A stretch of 32,000 nt of DNA from Ktedonobacterales bacterium (GTDB lineage: Bacteria > Chloroflexota > Ktedonobacteria > Ktedonobacterales > JADMIN01). The position numbers were made by a program, and so were the translations under genes. The stretch lies in NCBI GenBank assembly GCA_030167145.1, contig CP126532.1, forward strand, positions 3,630,001 through 3,662,000, given 5' to 3'. The stretch's first letter is position 1. Every line of letters starts with the position of its first letter. Shown one piece after another: positions 30,627-32,000 of this stretch. Under the pieces are notes generated by a model. That model did no database searches. It saw only the letters and a list, made by a program, of their open reading frames with translations, and was not told where the DNA came from.

Positions 30627-31373
30627 ATGCGCATCCTGGTCATTTCCGACATGCACGGCAACTGTCTGGCGCTCGACACGGTGCTGAGCGATATCGCGGG
30701 CGAGCGCTTCGACGCCACCGTATGCCTGGGCGATACAGTGCAGGGCGGCCCGCAGCCCCACGAGGTGATTGCGCGGCTGCGGGACCTCAATTGTCCCGTG
30801 GTGATGGGCAACGCGGACGACTGGATGCTCACCGGGCACGACACCGGCGCGGAGGAGATCACGCCGGAGCGGCGGCAGAAGATGGACGCCGTGCGGGAGT
30901 GGTCGCTGGCGCAACTCTCGCCCGACGACGTCGCGTTCATCCAAGCATACCAACCGACGGTGCGCATGCCCCTGGGCGACGGCCTCACCCTGGTCTGCTC
31001 GCACGGCTCGCCCAAATCGTACGATGACCTCATCCTGCCCACCACCACCGACGAGGAACTCCAGCAACTGCTCCAACCCGAAGACGGCGCGATTTACTGC
31101 GGCGGGCATACCCACGTGCAATTCGTGCGCCACCTGCGCCAGACGTTCCATTTCAACCCCGGCAGCGCGGGCTTCGCCTATCGCCACGACCAGGATGACG
31201 ACCACTTCAAGGCGGACCCGTTTGCCGAATACGCCGTGCTGACCTCTGCGAACGGGAGCCTACGCCTGGAATTCCGCCGCGTCCCCTTCGATGCCGAGCA
31301 ACTCATCGCGATCTACCGCAGCAGTGGCCGGCCCTACGCCGAGGAAGCCGCCGCGCAGTACATTCCGGCATAG
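30627..31373 (+). CDS. Metallophosphoesterase (YfcE/MJ0936-like), paralog B
   Basis: AAGGAG at 30612-30617, then ATG 30627. ISDMHGN, GDTVQGG, GNAD, GGHTHVQ. 248 aa. Confidence 0.85.
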   Translation: MRILVISDMHGNCLALDTVLSDIAGERFDATVCLGDTVQGGPQPHEVIARLRDLNCPVVMGNADDWMLTGHDTGAEEITPERRQKMDAVREWSLAQLSPDDVAFIQAYQPTVRMPLGDGLTLVCSHGSPKSYDDLILPTTTDEELQQLLQPEDGAIYCGGHTHVQFVRHLRQTFHFNPGSAGFAYRHDQDDDHFKADPFAEYAVLTSANGSLRLEFRRVPFDAEQLIAIYRSSGRPYAEEAAAQYIPA

Positions 31374-31383
31374 CATGTGTTTT

Positions 31384-31881
31384 TCATGGCGCGGTAGCTT
31401 CAATGACCTTCGCGCCAGTCACGGCCAGCAGATCAGCGACGCGCAGGTGCAGGTTGATGCCGCGCTGGCCGCCGTTGATGTAGAGCGTATCGAGGTCCGC
31501 GCCAGGGGCATCCAGGTACACCTCGAAGCGTTTGTCGAGCAGGGCCAGCGGCGAAATACCACCGACTTTGAGGCCGGTCAGCCGTTCGGCGTCGCGTTGT
31601 AGCGCCATGTGCGCGGACTTCGCGCCAACAGCTTTGGCGACGCGGCGCAGATCCAACTCGCGGTCGCCGGGCGTGACGACGAGCAGATGCCGCGTGTCAT
31701 CGGCGATGACCACCAACGTCTTGAAGACCTGTGCGGCGGGGATGCCGAGCAGCACGGCCACCTCTTCAGCCGAGTGAATCGTATCGGCGTAGGTGAAGGT
31801 ATCGTAGGGGATGTGGCGCACGTCGAGCGCCCGCATGGCGTTGGTTTTGGGGGTGGCGTGTTTCTGCTTTGGCATGCGCAT
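31384..31881 (-). CDS. ybaK: Cys-tRNA(Pro)/Cys-tRNA(Cys) deacylase YbaK
   Basis: Colinear by eye with E. coli YbaK (FKTLVV, LDLRRVAKAVGAK, GLKVGGISPL, YINGGQRG). The start is ATG 31881 or ATG 31875. Confidence 0.8.
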   Translation of the reverse strand: MRMPKQKHATPKTNAMRALDVRHIPYDTFTYADTIHSAEEVAVLLGIPAAQVFKTLVVIADDTRHLLVVTPGDRELDLRRVAKAVGAKSAHMALQRDAERLTGLKVGGISPLALLDKRFEVYLDAPGADLDTLYINGGQRGINLHLRVADLLAVTGAKVIEATAP

Positions 31882-32000
31882 CAACCTTTGTTAGAACAAT
31901 CGCGCGACTGCTCCCGACGCGAATGGTGGAAGCGACTCGATGCGGGCAATAGCCCGAAAGACCGCATCCCAATCAGTTGGCTCGCGCGGGGAAGCCGCCT

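Overview
High-GC (about 63-65%) bacterial chromosomal window, densely coding, with GGAGG-type ribosome-binding sites. The taxon cannot be determined from sequence alone; the gene content (NACHT-like/WD40, CHASE3 kinase, IS200/IS605 tnpB) fits a filamentous high-GC lineage such as Chloroflexota or Actinomycetota. Layout, left to right: (i) the 3' part of a STAND/NACHT-like NTPase gene, then a separately framed 13-14 repeat WD40 gene. (ii) A co-directional alternative-respiration cluster: glucose-dehydrogenase-like SDR, type II NADH dehydrogenase, GMC flavoprotein, cytochrome bd cydA and cydB. The cydA-cydB junction is split by a 1.3 kb antisense tnpB-only IS200/IS605-type element whose two subterminal hairpins I could identify. 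(iii) A cyclase-family gene converging on an H-NOX haem sensor that carries an unusual C-terminal winged-helix-like domain. (iv) A HicB-like orphan, recG, a CHASE3 histidine kinase, a GAP-family membrane protein, a metallophosphoesterase, a VOC protein and an SDR. (v) A 543-bp divergent intergenic region holding an 18-bp x 9 tandem array and a 39-bp x 2 repeat, both related to a dispersed GTAGGGGCG-hairpin family. (vi) A crotonase, a methyltransferase, and a long minus-strand run: CNNM/CorC, PucR regulator, an unannotated 40-aa highly basic ORF, a TPR protein with an acidic tail, miaB and def. (vii) A second metallophosphoesterase paralog and ybaK. No rRNA, tRNA or CRISPR was found. The best candidates for something new are the H-NOX-winged-helix fusion beside the NO-relevant bd oxidase/NDH-2 cluster, the tnpB element embedded in cydAB, and the hairpin-seeded tandem arrays. 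All functional calls rest on my reading of the translated ORFs and remembered family motifs; no database search was run.
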